32,000 nucleotides of DNA from Tepidanaerobacter acetatoxydans (GTDB taxonomy: Bacteria; Bacillota; Thermosediminibacteria; Thermosediminibacterales; Tepidanaerobacteraceae), in assembly GCA_022840405.1 (NCBI GenBank), contig JALHJR010000022.1, forward strand, positions 1 through 32,000, read 5' to 3'. Shown piece by piece: positions 1-8,849 of the stretch. How positions within the stretch are numbered: the first letter of the stretch is position 1; the number at the start of each line of letters is the position of its first letter. The notes beneath the pieces are model-generated. The model was not told where the DNA came from. It did not search any database and saw only the letters and a list, made by a program, of their open reading frames with translations. A program made the position numbers and the translations under genes.

Positions 1-80
1 ATCTTTTTTTCTCTATTAGTTAATCTGTATAGCGGATCATCAATAGACATTTGTTGTGAGATATTACGGCAAAAAGACAT
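1..80 (-). CDS. 5' end of an unidentified divergently oriented CDS running off the left edge (partial)
   Basis: Minus-strand ATG at 80 (another in-frame ATG at 86) stays open to the window edge (..MSFCRNISQQMSIDDPLYRLTNREKK..). An AAGGGG SD-like string (plus coordinates 88-93) lies 7 nt from the ATG at 80. Too short to assign a family. Confidence 0.25.
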   Translation of the reverse strand, partial: MSFCRNISQQMSIDDPLYRLTNREKK

Positions 81-266
81 TTTCATACCCCTTATCCTTG
101 GTTTTTATACTATAATTATATCATGAAAAGCTTGTTGTGTTAAGGGTTTAGGGATTTTTAGTCTTTGGTTTTTGCCGGTTGTTTTTATGGTTTACTAGGT
201 TTAATTTACTAATATTACCAGGTTTTTGGGTAGTAATCATGTTATTAGTTGAGAGGTTTTAGACTT

Positions 267-1169
267 ATGGATGAAGCATTGATAGACAGTTTTATAGATT
301 ACTTGATGGCAACGAAAACTGCATCACAGAATACAATTAAAGCATACAGTGAGGACCTTTCTCAGTTTCTTGAATATTTAAAACAAAAAAAACTATCTGA
401 ACCGATTCTTGTTAATGCAACCCATTTGCATATTAGAGGCTTTTTAGCATACCTACAAGAAAAAAAGATTTCAAAAAGAACTGCAGCAAGAAAGCTCTCT
501 GCACTAAGAAGTTTTTATAAATATTTAGTAGTTGAGGGTTTTGCTCAAGAAAATATAGCAAAATCAATCAGCACACCCAAGATATCAAAAAAACTTCCAC
601 TTTTTTTATATCCTGGAGAAATCGAAGTGCTTCTTTCGGCACCTAAAAATGATGTTTTAGGCATTAGAGATAAAGCAATTATGGAACTTTTGTATGCCAC
701 CGGAATGAGAGTGGGAGAATTGGTTTCACTAAAAACTAGCGATATAAATTTCGGTTCTAATTATATAATTGTTTTTGGCAAGGGCTCAAAAGAGCGAGTT
801 ATTTTTTTTGGGCAAAAGGCTGAGGAAAGTTTAGAGAAGTATTTAAAAGAGAGTAGGCCATTTTTAACAAAAGATATTAATTGTGATAGTTTGTTTCTCA
901 ATAAAAACGGGACAGCAATTTCTGCTAGAAGTATTAGGAGAATTATCGATAAATATGTAAAAATTGCTACACTGAACAGCGAAGTCAGTCCTCATACACT
1001 AAGACATACTTTTGCTACGCATATGCTTAATAATGGTGCAGACCTAAAAACGGTTCAAGAACTATTGGGACATTCAAGCCTATCTACAACGCAAATTTAT
1101 ACACATGTAACAAAAGAAAGATTGAAGGAAGTATATGATAAAACTTTCCCTCATAATAAAATTAACTGA
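267..1169 (+). CDS. xerC: Tyrosine site-specific recombinase XerC (CodV-like)
   Basis: ORF 249..1169, with the start moved to ATG 267 (GAGAGG at 251-256; N-terminus MDEALIDSFIDYL). Catalytic signature is visible: ATGMRVGEL (Arg), HTLRHTFATHM (His-x-x-Arg), LGHSSLSTTQIYTHV (His plus Tyr nucleophile). Its position upstream of hslVU-codY matches B. subtilis codV. Confidence 0.9.
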   Translation: MDEALIDSFIDYLMATKTASQNTIKAYSEDLSQFLEYLKQKKLSEPILVNATHLHIRGFLAYLQEKKISKRTAARKLSALRSFYKYLVVEGFAQENIAKSISTPKISKKLPLFLYPGEIEVLLSAPKNDVLGIRDKAIMELLYATGMRVGELVSLKTSDINFGSNYIIVFGKGSKERVIFFGQKAEESLEKYLKESRPFLTKDINCDSLFLNKNGTAISARSIRRIIDKYVKIATLNSEVSPHTLRHTFATHMLNNGADLKTVQELLGHSSLSTTQIYTHVTKERLKEVYDKTFPHNKIN

Positions 1170-1189
1170 AGATGTGAAAGGGGATTAAG

Positions 1190-1723
1190 ATGTTTTCGGC
1201 GACAACTATTTTAGCGATGGTAAATGAAAAAGGTGCTGCTATTGCCGGAGACGGACAGGTTACCTTTGGACAAAATACTATAATGAAGCATCATGCAAAA
1301 AAGGTAAGGAAAATATATAATGGTGAGGTTTTAGCTGGCTTTGCCGGATCTGTGGCTGATGCAATTACCCTTTTTGAAAAATATGAAGATAAGCTTGAAG
1401 AAACTCATGGTAATCTTGAAAAAGCTGCAGTTGAGCTTGCTAAAGAATGGCGTAAGGATAAAATGTTGCAAAAATTAGAGGCATTGCTAATTACTGCAGA
1501 TAAAGGACATATATTAGTTATTTCTGGTAATGGCGAGGTTATCGAACCGGATGATGGGATAGCAGCCATAGGTTCAGGAGGTTCTTATGCTTTAGCTGCA
1601 GCCAGAGCATTAAATCGCTATTCAGACCTGCCTGCACAAAAAATAGTTGAGGAATCCTTAAAGATCGCATCGGAGATATGTGTTTACACTAATAATTATA
1701 TTTCTGTTGAGTCTTTGCGATGA
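1190..1723 (+). CDS. hslV: ATP-dependent protease subunit HslV (ClpQ/CodW)
   Basis: 177 aa with [17 protein letters not shown] and GSGG motifs typical of HslV. A short MFSA prefix precedes the TT that aligns with the N-terminal nucleophile, as in B. subtilis CodW. SD GAAAGGGG lies upstream. Confidence 0.95.
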   Translation: MFSATTILAMVNEKGAAIAGDGQVTFGQNTIMKHHAKKVRKIYNGEVLAGFAGSVADAITLFEKYEDKLEETHGNLEKAAVELAKEWRKDKMLQKLEALLITADKGHILVISGNGEVIEPDDGIAAIGSGGSYALAAARALNRYSDLPAQKIVEESLKIASEICVYTNNYISVESLR

Positions 1724-1733
1724 GGTGATGGTC

Positions 1734-3131
1734 ATGGAAAATCTAACACCAAAAAAAATTGTAGAAGAGCTTAATAAGTACATTGTAGGGCAAGAAGATG
1801 CAAAAAAATCAGTTGCTATAGCTCTCAGAAATAGATATAGGCGACAAATGCTTTCCGATGAGATAAAAGACGAAGTAATTCCCAAGAATATTTTAATGAT
1901 AGGACCTACTGGTGTAGGTAAGACAGAAATAGCCAGACGGCTTGCAAAACTTGTAAATGCCCCTTTTGTAAAAGTTGAAGCAACCAAATTTACCGAAGTA
2001 GGCTATGTAGGCAGAGATGTAGACTCTATAGTAAGGGATTTAGTAGAAACATCTATAAGAATGGTAAAAACCGAAAAAATAGAGGCTGTTAAAGATAAGG
2101 CAGCAGAACTTGCTAATCAAAAAATTGCAGCTATACTATGCCCGATCCCTACAAAAACAGTTTCTGTAAATCCTTTTGAAACAATCTTTGGCAGCTCAAA
2201 ACAGAATTATTCTACTGATAACGAAGAAATGTATACACAAAAATTAAAAACTGCAAGAGAAAATCAGAAAGAAATCTTAGAGAAAGTAAAAAATGGAAGT
2301 TTAGATAAAGAATTAGTAGAAATTGAGGTTGAAGATAATTTACCTTCTATGTTTGAAATATTTTCTGCATCTGGTATGGAAGAAATAGGAATTAATTTTC
2401 AAGATATGTTTGAAGGCCTTTTTCCGAAGCGTAAAAAAAAGTGCACTGTCACCATCGAGAACGCACGGCGAATTTTGACCCAAGAAGAAGCACAAAAACT
2501 GATAGATATGGATGAGGTAATAAATGAGTCTATTCGGAAAGCTGAAGATTCAGGTATAATATTTATAGATGAAATCGATAAAATTGCCGGTAAAGAATCC
2601 TATGGTCAGGATGTTTCCAGAGAAGGTGTTCAAAGAGATATATTGCCAATTATAGAAGGTTCTACTGTAGTTACAAAATATGGTCCCATAAAGACCGATC
2701 ATATATTATTTATAGCTGCAGGAGCTTTTCATGTATCAAAGCCATCTGACTTGATACCCGAACTTCAAGGCCGCTTTCCTATTCGAGTTGAACTGAAAAG
2801 TTTGACTGAAGAGGATTTAAAAAAGATTTTAACCGAGCCTAAAAATTCATTAATTAAGCAATATACTGCATTGCTTGAAACCGAAGGTATAAAAATCAGT
2901 TTTTCCGAAGATGCTATTGATGAAATAGTAAAAGTGGCAGTACATGTCAATCATGAATCTGAAAACATAGGAGCAAGACGACTCCATACAATTATGGAAA
3001 AACTACTTGAGGATATTTCTTTCAATGCACCTGATTTATTACAAAGTCAAATAATAATCGATAGGGATTATGTTAATCAAAAGTTAAAAAATATTGTTAA
3101 AGACAAAGACCTTAGTATGTATATTTTATAA
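1734..3131 (+). CDS. hslU: ATP-dependent protease ATPase subunit HslU (ClpY)
   Basis: ORF 1680..3131 trimmed to ATG 1734 (SD GAGGTGAT at 1722-1729). [20 protein letters not shown] is the canonical HslU N-terminus. Walker [10 protein letters not shown], Walker [10 protein letters not shown], and GRFPIRVEL sensor region are present. Confidence 0.95.
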   Translation: MENLTPKKIVEELNKYIVGQEDAKKSVAIALRNRYRRQMLSDEIKDEVIPKNILMIGPTGVGKTEIARRLAKLVNAPFVKVEATKFTEVGYVGRDVDSIVRDLVETSIRMVKTEKIEAVKDKAAELANQKIAAILCPIPTKTVSVNPFETIFGSSKQNYSTDNEEMYTQKLKTARENQKEILEKVKNGSLDKELVEIEVEDNLPSMFEIFSASGMEEIGINFQDMFEGLFPKRKKKCTVTIENARRILTQEEAQKLIDMDEVINESIRKAEDSGIIFIDEIDKIAGKESYGQDVSREGVQRDILPIIEGSTVVTKYGPIKTDHILFIAAGAFHVSKPSDLIPELQGRFPIRVELKSLTEEDLKKILTEPKNSLIKQYTALLETEGIKISFSEDAIDEIVKVAVHVNHESENIGARRLHTIMEKLLEDISFNAPDLLQSQIIIDRDYVNQKLKNIVKDKDLSMYIL

Positions 3132-3175
3132 AAAAACATAAAAGTAGAATGTATTAAAAATTAGGAGGAATTTAA

Positions 3176-3961
3176 ATGAGTGAAAGCTTATTAGAAAAAA
3201 CAAGAAGGATTAACAAACTTTTACAGAGGTCGGCGGGATATCCTGTAGATTTCAATGATGTATGTAAAACATTAGGTGAGGTATTATCGTCAAACACATA
3301 TGTAGCTAGTCGTAAGGGGAAAATATTGGGATACCATTTGCTGGAAGATTATGAATGTGATACCGTAGAAGAACAAATTTTAGAAGATAAAATGCTTCCT
3401 AAAGAGTATAATGATAAGTTGCTGGATATTCATGAAACAAAACCCAATATAACTAAAGATTCTCCAGAAGCAATTTTTTTTAACGAAACAGAAGATTCCT
3501 GTCCGGATAAATTTATGACAATAGTTCCTATTAACGGTGGCGGAGAAAGGCTTGGTACATTGGTGTTGTCAAGGTTTAAAAAGGAATTTACAGAAGAAGA
3601 TTTAGTGCTTGCAGAATACAGTGCAACTGTAGTAGGGATGGAAATCCTCAGATCAAAAAGTGATGAAATAGAAGAAGAGGCTAGAAAAAAAGCCGTAGTT
3701 CAGTTAGCAATAGGAACCCTATCCTTTTCAGAGTTAGAAGCTGTTGAACACATTTTTGAAGAATTAGATGGTAGTGAAGGCCTTTTGGTTGCCAGCAAAA
3801 TAGCTGACAGGGTAGGAATTACCAGATCAGTAATTGTAAATGCACTAAGAAAACTCGAAAGTGCCGGAGTTATTGAATCTCGCTCGCTTGGCATGAAGGG
3901 CACTTACATAAAGATTCTAAACGATAAACTTTTGGAAGAATTAAAAAAGGTAAGAGGCTAG
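3176..3961 (+). CDS. codY: GTP/BCAA-sensing global transcriptional repressor CodY
   Basis: 261 aa. The C-terminal winged [43 protein letters not shown] is nearly invariant in CodY, and the N-terminal part is GAF-like. Strong SD AGGAGGA lies upstream. Confidence 0.97.
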   Translation: MSESLLEKTRRINKLLQRSAGYPVDFNDVCKTLGEVLSSNTYVASRKGKILGYHLLEDYECDTVEEQILEDKMLPKEYNDKLLDIHETKPNITKDSPEAIFFNETEDSCPDKFMTIVPINGGGERLGTLVLSRFKKEFTEEDLVLAEYSATVVGMEILRSKSDEIEEEARKKAVVQLAIGTLSFSELEAVEHIFEELDGSEGLLVASKIADRVGITRSVIVNALRKLESAGVIESRSLGMKGTYIKILNDKLLEELKKVRG

Positions 3962-4034
3962 ACTTAATACTTTCTCAGTAAGATCAATTTTGCAACAGGC
4001 TTTTTGAGTATTCGTGAATATTTAAGACTTTAAT

Positions 4035-4063
4035 AAAAAAAGCAGCAATTGCTGCTTTTTTTT
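4035..4063 (+). terminator. Rho-independent terminator after codY (symmetric, bidirectional shape)
   Basis: AAAAAA-AGCAGC-AATT-GCTGCT-TTTTTTT. Stem is 4041-4046/4051-4056, with a 4-nt loop and a 7-T tract at 4057-4063. The flanking A-run can extend the stem. It lies about 80 nt after the codY stop. Confidence 0.85.
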
Positions 4064-4338
4064 ATTTGGTATGCAGGGTTTTGTTGTTTTATGTCAAATA
4101 TTAAATGTAGGCTTGGTTCTGTGTAAAAAATAGAAAAAAATACCTAATATTTAATATTTCAAGGAGGATTTTGCCGTTTTTTGTCTAATATATATTCTAT
4201 ATGCACGAATAAGCAATAAATTCCATAATAACCAAAAAACTTACAATTTATAATGGACTTATTGTTATGCATTGGCTCGTGATAGCTTATAAATAAGTAA
4301 AAATTTTACACAAAGTAAATATAAGAAGGTGGTAAGGC
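4064..4338 (+). promoter_or_regulatory. Upstream regulatory/leader region of the flagellar operon (promoter not confidently mapped)
   Basis: 275-nt non-coding stretch between the codY terminator and flgB. It contains a perfect TATAAT at 4249-4254, but no TTGACA-like hexamer lies 16-18 nt upstream. Weaker candidates are CTTACA(4240-4245)-N17-TGTTAT and TTGCCG(4171-4176)-N16-TATTCT. I found no TAAA-N15-GCCGATAT match here. Confidence 0.35.
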
Positions 4339-4743
4339 TTGACAGATTTGTTTAGCAATATAGACGTAATGGAAAAACTATTAGATGTAAAATTAAAGAG
4401 ATACGAATTAATTTCAAATAATTTGGCTAACGTTGATACACCTGGCTACAAAAGGATGGGTATATCTTTCGAGGAAATACTGATGAACAACGTGAATCAG
4501 CGCACCATTCCACTTGCTGCCACAAATGATAAACATATCGATCCAAGAAAAAAATTAGAAGATGTAAAGCCAAAAATATATCGTCAAGAAGACCATAGCT
4601 TTCGAAATGATGAAAATAATGTAGATATCGACAAAGAGATGGTGGAAATGATAAAAAATAATTTTTCCTATAATATTATATCTGATCAAATTATAACAAA
4701 CCTTAAAATTCTTCAGACTGCTATTAGTGAAGGGAGGAAGTAA
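4339..4743 (+). CDS. flgB: Flagellar basal-body rod protein FlgB
   Basis: TTG start 6 nt after AAGGTGG (4326-4332). N-terminal rod-family motif ISNNLANVDTPGYKR. First gene of the cluster, as in B. subtilis. Confidence 0.9.
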   Translation: MTDLFSNIDVMEKLLDVKLKRYELISNNLANVDTPGYKRMGISFEEILMNNVNQRTIPLAATNDKHIDPRKKLEDVKPKIYRQEDHSFRNDENNVDIDKEMVEMIKNNFSYNIISDQIITNLKILQTAISEGRK

Positions 4744-4746
4744 GTC

Positions 4747-5178
4747 ATGGGATTTTTTAATTCCCTGGATATCAGTGCTTCAGGGCTGACTGCGCAGAGG
4801 TTTCGACTTGACACGATCTCAAACAATATTGCTAATGCAAACACAACTCGAACTGAAGAAGGAGGTCCTTTTCAAAGAGAAAGAGTTGTCTTTCAAGAAC
4901 GCAACACGACTGGCTCTTTTTCGAATTACCTTGATCAGCAAAAACCTGCAGGGGTAAAGGTGGTAGCGATAGAAAAAGATACTGCACCATTTAAGGCTTT
5001 ATATGATCCAACACACCCGGATGCTGATCCGTCGGGATATGTGATGCTTCCCAATGTAAATATTGTTACTGAAATGGTAGATATGATATCTGCTACCAGG
5101 AGTTATGAGGCTAATGTAACTGCTATTAATTCGGCAAAAAGCATGATGAGCAAGGCTCTCGAAATTAGTAAGATATAA
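4747..5178 (+). CDS. flgC: Flagellar basal-body rod protein FlgC
   Basis: Conserved ends: N-terminal SASGLTAQRFRLDTISNNIANANTTR and C-terminal VNIVTEMVDMISATRSYEANV. SD GGGAGGAAG lies upstream. Confidence 0.95.
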   Translation: MGFFNSLDISASGLTAQRFRLDTISNNIANANTTRTEEGGPFQRERVVFQERNTTGSFSNYLDQQKPAGVKVVAIEKDTAPFKALYDPTHPDADPSGYVMLPNVNIVTEMVDMISATRSYEANVTAINSAKSMMSKALEISKI

Positions 5179-5200
5179 TGGTTCGAAAGGAGACAGACCA

Positions 5201-5488
5201 TTGAAAATAGAAGTTAATAATACAAGAGATATAAATAACAATTTCGAGGCATTAAAGACTCAAGGGGATAAATCGTTTGGCAAAATATTTAGTGATGTGT
5301 TAGAATCGGCTAATACATATCAAAAGGAATATGAATCTCTGCTTGGCCGTGAGGTTTTCAGCGAGGAGATTGACCTACATAATATTCTTATTGCCGGTGA
5401 AAAAGCCAAAATTTCACTTGAGCTTACTTTACAAATACGTAATAAAGCTATGGAAGCTTATCAAGAAATTATGAGAATGCAGATATAG
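5201..5488 (+). CDS. fliE: Flagellar hook-basal body complex protein FliE
   Basis: 95 aa. TTG start with SD GAAAGGAGA (5185-5193). C-terminal LQIRNKAMEAYQEIMRMQI is typical of FliE. Position is between flgC and fliF. Confidence 0.85.
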   Translation: MKIEVNNTRDINNNFEALKTQGDKSFGKIFSDVLESANTYQKEYESLLGREVFSEEIDLHNILIAGEKAKISLELTLQIRNKAMEAYQEIMRMQI

Positions 5489-5509
5489 TGGTAGGCTGGG
5501 TGTAACGTA

Positions 5510-7069
5510 ATGGATTATTTTCAAAAATTAAAGCACCAAGTTGTTGAATTTTGGCAAAGCAGGGATAGGGCACAAAAAGTAAAGATCATAGTTTCTGTGA
5601 TAGTTGTTATTGTAATTTTAGGTATAATGTTATACCTTATAAGTCGACCGAAATATGTACCGCTTTATACAAATCTGGATATAAGCGATGCCGGAGAAAT
5701 TGTCAAGAAACTTGATGATCTAAATATATCATATAAACTTGAAGACGGAGGGAAAAGCATATTAGTAGATCCGGAACAAAAATATAAGACAAGGTTGACC
5801 TTAGCACAGGAAGGTCTGCCGAAAAGTAATTCATCTGGATTTGACGAAATGTTCAATAAAACACGGCTTGGCACCACCGACTGGGAAAGACAAGTGCAAT
5901 ACAATCAAGCATTACAAGGGGAACTTACTAAGGCCATAGAGATGATGGAGTCAGTTGAATCGGCCAGAGTGTATATTGTTCAACAGGAAAAATCTTTGTT
6001 TATAGAACCGGATTCAAATTATGAGCCATCTGCAGCGATTTTCTTAGAAGTTAAACCCGGTGCTCAGATGACTAAAGAAGAAATAATGGGCATAATTAAT
6101 CTTGTTACTTACTCAGTCAAAAATATGAAGCAGGAAAATGTGGTGGTGGTGGATCAATACGGCAAAACGCTTTCCAACGCAGCTATTTCGCAATCTGAAG
6201 ATAATGAAGAACTAATAAATAATCAGCTGGTTATTCAGGATAATTTTCAAAACCAGCTTCAAGCTAGCGTTCAGTCATTACTTGAACAAATCTTTGGCCC
6301 AGGTAATGTAGCCGTGAGAGTTAATGCTAAACTTAATTTTGACAAAAAAATTGTGCAAAACAAGTTATTTGCTCCTGTTAATGAAGAAACCGGTGAGGGA
6401 ATAGTTAGAAGTATTCAAGAATTAAAGGAGCATTTCAGTGGTACAGGAGGTGCCTACGGAGGGACTCCCGGAGTTGACTCAAATGTACCTGGATATAACC
6501 AGACTCAAACCGGTGAGTCGGAACAGCAAAGGTCCGAAGTTATAAGAAACTTTGAGATAAACGAAACCAACGAAAATCTTACGGTAGCGCCCGGAGCTGT
6601 TGATAAGCTAACCGTTTCAGTGGTTATAAATCAGGAATTAAATGATGCTGAAAAAGATTCAATTACCCAAGTGGTTGGCAATGCTATTGGTTATGATCCT
6701 GAAAGAGATCAGATTTCTATAGAAGGTATGGAGTTTAAAAATGATATGGCTAAGTTTTTTGCGGATGAAATGGCACGTCAGCAAAAAGAGCAGGCACGTA
6801 TGAGGAATATTAAAATTGCCGGACTTATTTTATCAATTATTTTGGCATTTATCATAATTCGAATGTTTTTAAATCGGAGGAAAGCAATAAGTGAAGAAGA
6901 AATGATTTCCGAAGAGATGTTAGCGATGCAGCAGGCAGCAGCTACTCAAACACAGGACGAATCGCAAGAGATTAAAGAGAGTAGTTTTTATGATAAAATA
7001 GAGAAACTTGCACGTAGAAAACCCGATGAAGTTGCCAAGGTGCTTAAAACCTGGCTCAAAGAAGATTAG
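5510..7069 (+). CDS. fliF: Flagellar MS-ring protein FliF
   Basis: 519 aa with an N-terminal TM segment (IIVSVIVVIVILGIMLYLI), a periplasmic YscJ/FliF-type region, a second TM near the C-terminus (IAGLILSIILAFIIIRMFL) and a charged FliG-binding tail. Confidence 0.95.
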   Translation: MDYFQKLKHQVVEFWQSRDRAQKVKIIVSVIVVIVILGIMLYLISRPKYVPLYTNLDISDAGEIVKKLDDLNISYKLEDGGKSILVDPEQKYKTRLTLAQEGLPKSNSSGFDEMFNKTRLGTTDWERQVQYNQALQGELTKAIEMMESVESARVYIVQQEKSLFIEPDSNYEPSAAIFLEVKPGAQMTKEEIMGIINLVTYSVKNMKQENVVVVDQYGKTLSNAAISQSEDNEELINNQLVIQDNFQNQLQASVQSLLEQIFGPGNVAVRVNAKLNFDKKIVQNKLFAPVNEETGEGIVRSIQELKEHFSGTGGAYGGTPGVDSNVPGYNQTQTGESEQQRSEVIRNFEINETNENLTVAPGAVDKLTVSVVINQELNDAEKDSITQVVGNAIGYDPERDQISIEGMEFKNDMAKFFADEMARQQKEQARMRNIKIAGLILSIILAFIIIRMFLNRRKAISEEEMISEEMLAMQQAAATQTQDESQEIKESSFYDKIEKLARRKPDEVAKVLKTWLKED

Positions 7070-7081
7070 AGGTGTATTTTC

Positions 7082-8092
7082 ATGGCACAGCAAACTAAAT
7101 TAACAAGTAAGCAGAAAGCAGCTATTTTAATAGTTTCTTTGGGCCCGGAAATAGCTGCCAATGTCTATCGATTTTTAAACGAAGAAGATATTGAGCAGCT
7201 GACGCTTGAAATAGCCAATATGAGAAAAATATCCAATGAAGAAAAAAACGAAGTAATGGAAGAATTCTATCAAATGTTACTCGCCCAAAACTTCATAACA
7301 GAAGGTGGAATAGATTACGCAAAAGAGGTACTGGAGAAAGCCTTAGGCACTCAAAAAGCTCTCGAAATTATTAACCGTCTTACATCAACACTCCAAGTTA
7401 GACCTTTTGATTTTGTTAGAAAGGCTGATTCGTCTCAATTGATGAATTTTTTGCAGAATGAGAACTCTCAAACCATAGCTCTTATAATGACATACTTAGA
7501 TCCTGAACAAGCGGCCTCCTTTCTTTCATCATTACCACCTGAAAAGCAAGTAGATATTGCACGGCGTGTGGCTACCATGGACAGAACTTCGCCTGATATA
7601 ATTATGGAAGTTGAAAGGGTTTTAGAAAGGCAGATAGCTTCAGTTGTAACAGAGGATTATACAAACATAGGCGGAATTCAGGCTGTTGTTAATATTTTAA
7701 ACAATGTGGACAGAGGTACGGAAAAGAATATTATTGAAGCATTGGAAACAGATAATCCAGATTTAGCCGAGGAAATACGACGTCGTATGTTTGTATTTGA
7801 AGATATTCTTGCTTTGGACAATCGTGCGATACAGCGTACTCTTCGTGAAGTTGATAATCGTGACTTGACATTGGCATTAAAAGGAGCTAGTGAGGAAGTG
7901 AAAAAGAGAATCTATGAGAATATGTCTAAACGTCAAGCTGAAATGGTAAATGAGGATATGGAATATATGGGCCCTGTTAGATTAAGAGATGTGGAAGAGG
8001 CTCAACAGAAAATTGTAAATATTATCAGAAAATTAGAAGATGCAGGTGAAATCGTCATTTCTCGCGGCGGAGGTGATGAAATCATTGTCTAA
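7082..8092 (+). CDS. fliG: Flagellar motor switch protein FliG
   Basis: 336 aa. N-terminal LTSKQKAAILIVSLGPE, middle-domain EEDIEQL-type repeats, and C-terminal RQAEMVNEDMEYMGPVRLRDVEEAQQKIVNIIRKLEDAGEI with the charged torque helix. Confidence 0.96.
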   Translation: MAQQTKLTSKQKAAILIVSLGPEIAANVYRFLNEEDIEQLTLEIANMRKISNEEKNEVMEEFYQMLLAQNFITEGGIDYAKEVLEKALGTQKALEIINRLTSTLQVRPFDFVRKADSSQLMNFLQNENSQTIALIMTYLDPEQAASFLSSLPPEKQVDIARRVATMDRTSPDIIMEVERVLERQIASVVTEDYTNIGGIQAVVNILNNVDRGTEKNIIEALETDNPDLAEEIRRRMFVFEDILALDNRAIQRTLREVDNRDLTLALKGASEEVKKRIYENMSKRQAEMVNEDMEYMGPVRLRDVEEAQQKIVNIIRKLEDAGEIVISRGGGDEIIV

Positions 8093-8849
8093 TGTTTTTA
8101 AGCGTGTTGTCTTTGAGAAAGAAAATCCTATAAAACTTAAGGAATATTATTTGGCAACAAAAAAAAACAATAAAGAATATAATAAAGAAATTATAAATGG
8201 GTCTGATCTAACTTATGAAAAACTTTATGACGACAAAGCCAAGCAATTGTTAGACGAGGCTTTTTTGAAAGCTCGAGAAATTATTGAAAAATCAAAAGCA
8301 GAAGCAGCAGAGCTTATCTCTAGAGCCCATGCAGAAAAAGAAAAGATTGAGAAAGATGCTTACGATAAAGGATATATGGAAGGTATTGAAACCGCTCTAA
8401 AGGATCAGCAAGTAAAATGGAACGAACATGTAAAAGAATTGACTGAAACCTTACAAGAACTTAATCAACAGAATAATTTATACAGAAAATATCTTGAAAA
8501 GGAATGTTTGAAGTTATCACTAGCTGTTGCAGAAAAAGTATTATGTAAAAAAATTCAGGAGAACGATAATGCTTATTTCCTGGATTTAATAAGAAACGGT
8601 ATGGAAAAAGCAGGTGAGGAGAAAAATATTTTAATTCGTGTTTCAGAAAATGATTTTGAGAGAGTAAAGCTTATGATTTCAGATTTAAAAGATGAACTTA
8701 AAAAAACTACCATAATAAAAGATCCCTTTTTATCCTCAGGCGATTGTATCATAGAGGGACCACATTTTGAGATCGATGCCGGAGTACATACTCAGATAGA
8801 AAATATTAGGTTAGCATTAAGGGAATTGGAAGTAATAGATGATGCATAA
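8085..8849 (+). CDS. fliH: Flagellar assembly protein FliH
   Basis: ORF 8040..8849 starts inside fliG. I place the start at TTG 8085, preceded by GGAGGTGAT (8069-8077) with 7-nt spacing, giving MSNVFKRVV. ATG 8076 is an alternative. The middle is Glu/Lys-rich coiled coil, and the gene lies between fliG and fliI. Confidence 0.8.
   Translation: MSNVFKRVVFEKENPIKLKEYYLATKKNNKEYNKEIINGSDLTYEKLYDDKAKQLLDEAFLKAREIIEKSKAEAAELISRAHAEKEKIEKDAYDKGYMEGIETALKDQQVKWNEHVKELTETLQELNQQNNLYRKYLEKECLKLSLAVAEKVLCKKIQENDNAYFLDLIRNGMEKAGEEKNILIRVSENDFERVKLMISDLKDELKKTTIIKDPFLSSGDCIIEGPHFEIDAGVHTQIENIRLALRELEVIDDA

Noticed and set aside
100-248. Possible small RNA or tRNA in the xerC upstream intergenic region.
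   Set aside because: No cloverleaf-compatible stems or T-loop (GTTCGAATC-like) sequence. No terminator-like hairpin. The composition is simply G+T-rich.
1680-1733. N-terminal extensions in the ORF track. They are hslU from 1680, fliH from 8040, fliK from 11206, flbD from 14657, fliY from 17869, cheY from 19040, cheA from 27646 and xerC from 249.
   Set aside because: The extensions overlap upstream genes or run through SD sequences or hairpins. Internal starts with properly spaced SDs reproduce the conserved family N-termini, so these are not fusion or extended isoforms.
1658-1987. 109-aa minus-strand ORF antisense to the hslV/hslU junction. Similar long antisense ORFs occur at 8868-9188, 16336-16641, 22807-23166 and 25326-25640.
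   Set aside because: All lie fully antisense to strongly conserved genes and have low-complexity, hydrophobic or Ser-rich translations. 1658-1987 and 25326-25640 contain the mirror image of P-loops (..PTPVGP.. is the antisense of GPTGVGKT). They have no SD or independent context. These are typical shadow ORFs of AT-rich coding DNA.
4071-4133. 20-codon hydrophobic mini-ORF (MQGFVVLCQILNVGLVLCKK) just after the codY terminator.
   Set aside because: No SD: the terminator T-tract lies directly upstream. It probably lies upstream of any flgB promoter. There is nothing to distinguish it from chance in AT-rich DNA.
4299-4314. CodY-box-like sequence (AATTTTACACAAAGT) near flgB, given that codY is the adjacent gene and CodY represses fla/che in B. 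subtilis.
   Set aside because: It matches only about 10 of 15 positions of AATTTTCWGAAAATT by my alignment. Other candidates in the region match about 8 of 15. That is not distinguishable from background in AT-rich DNA without binding data.
4064-4338. Possible c-di-GMP (GEMM-type) riboswitch or invertible flagellar switch upstream of flgB, as in C. difficile.
   Set aside because: The region is extremely AT-rich and lacks the G/C-rich paired helices and conserved GEMM core sequences. The only inverted repeat is an 11-bp AT-only palindrome pair 42 nt apart, far from the long flanking repeats of an invertible element. No recombinase gene is adjacent other than housekeeping xerC, which is 3 kb away.
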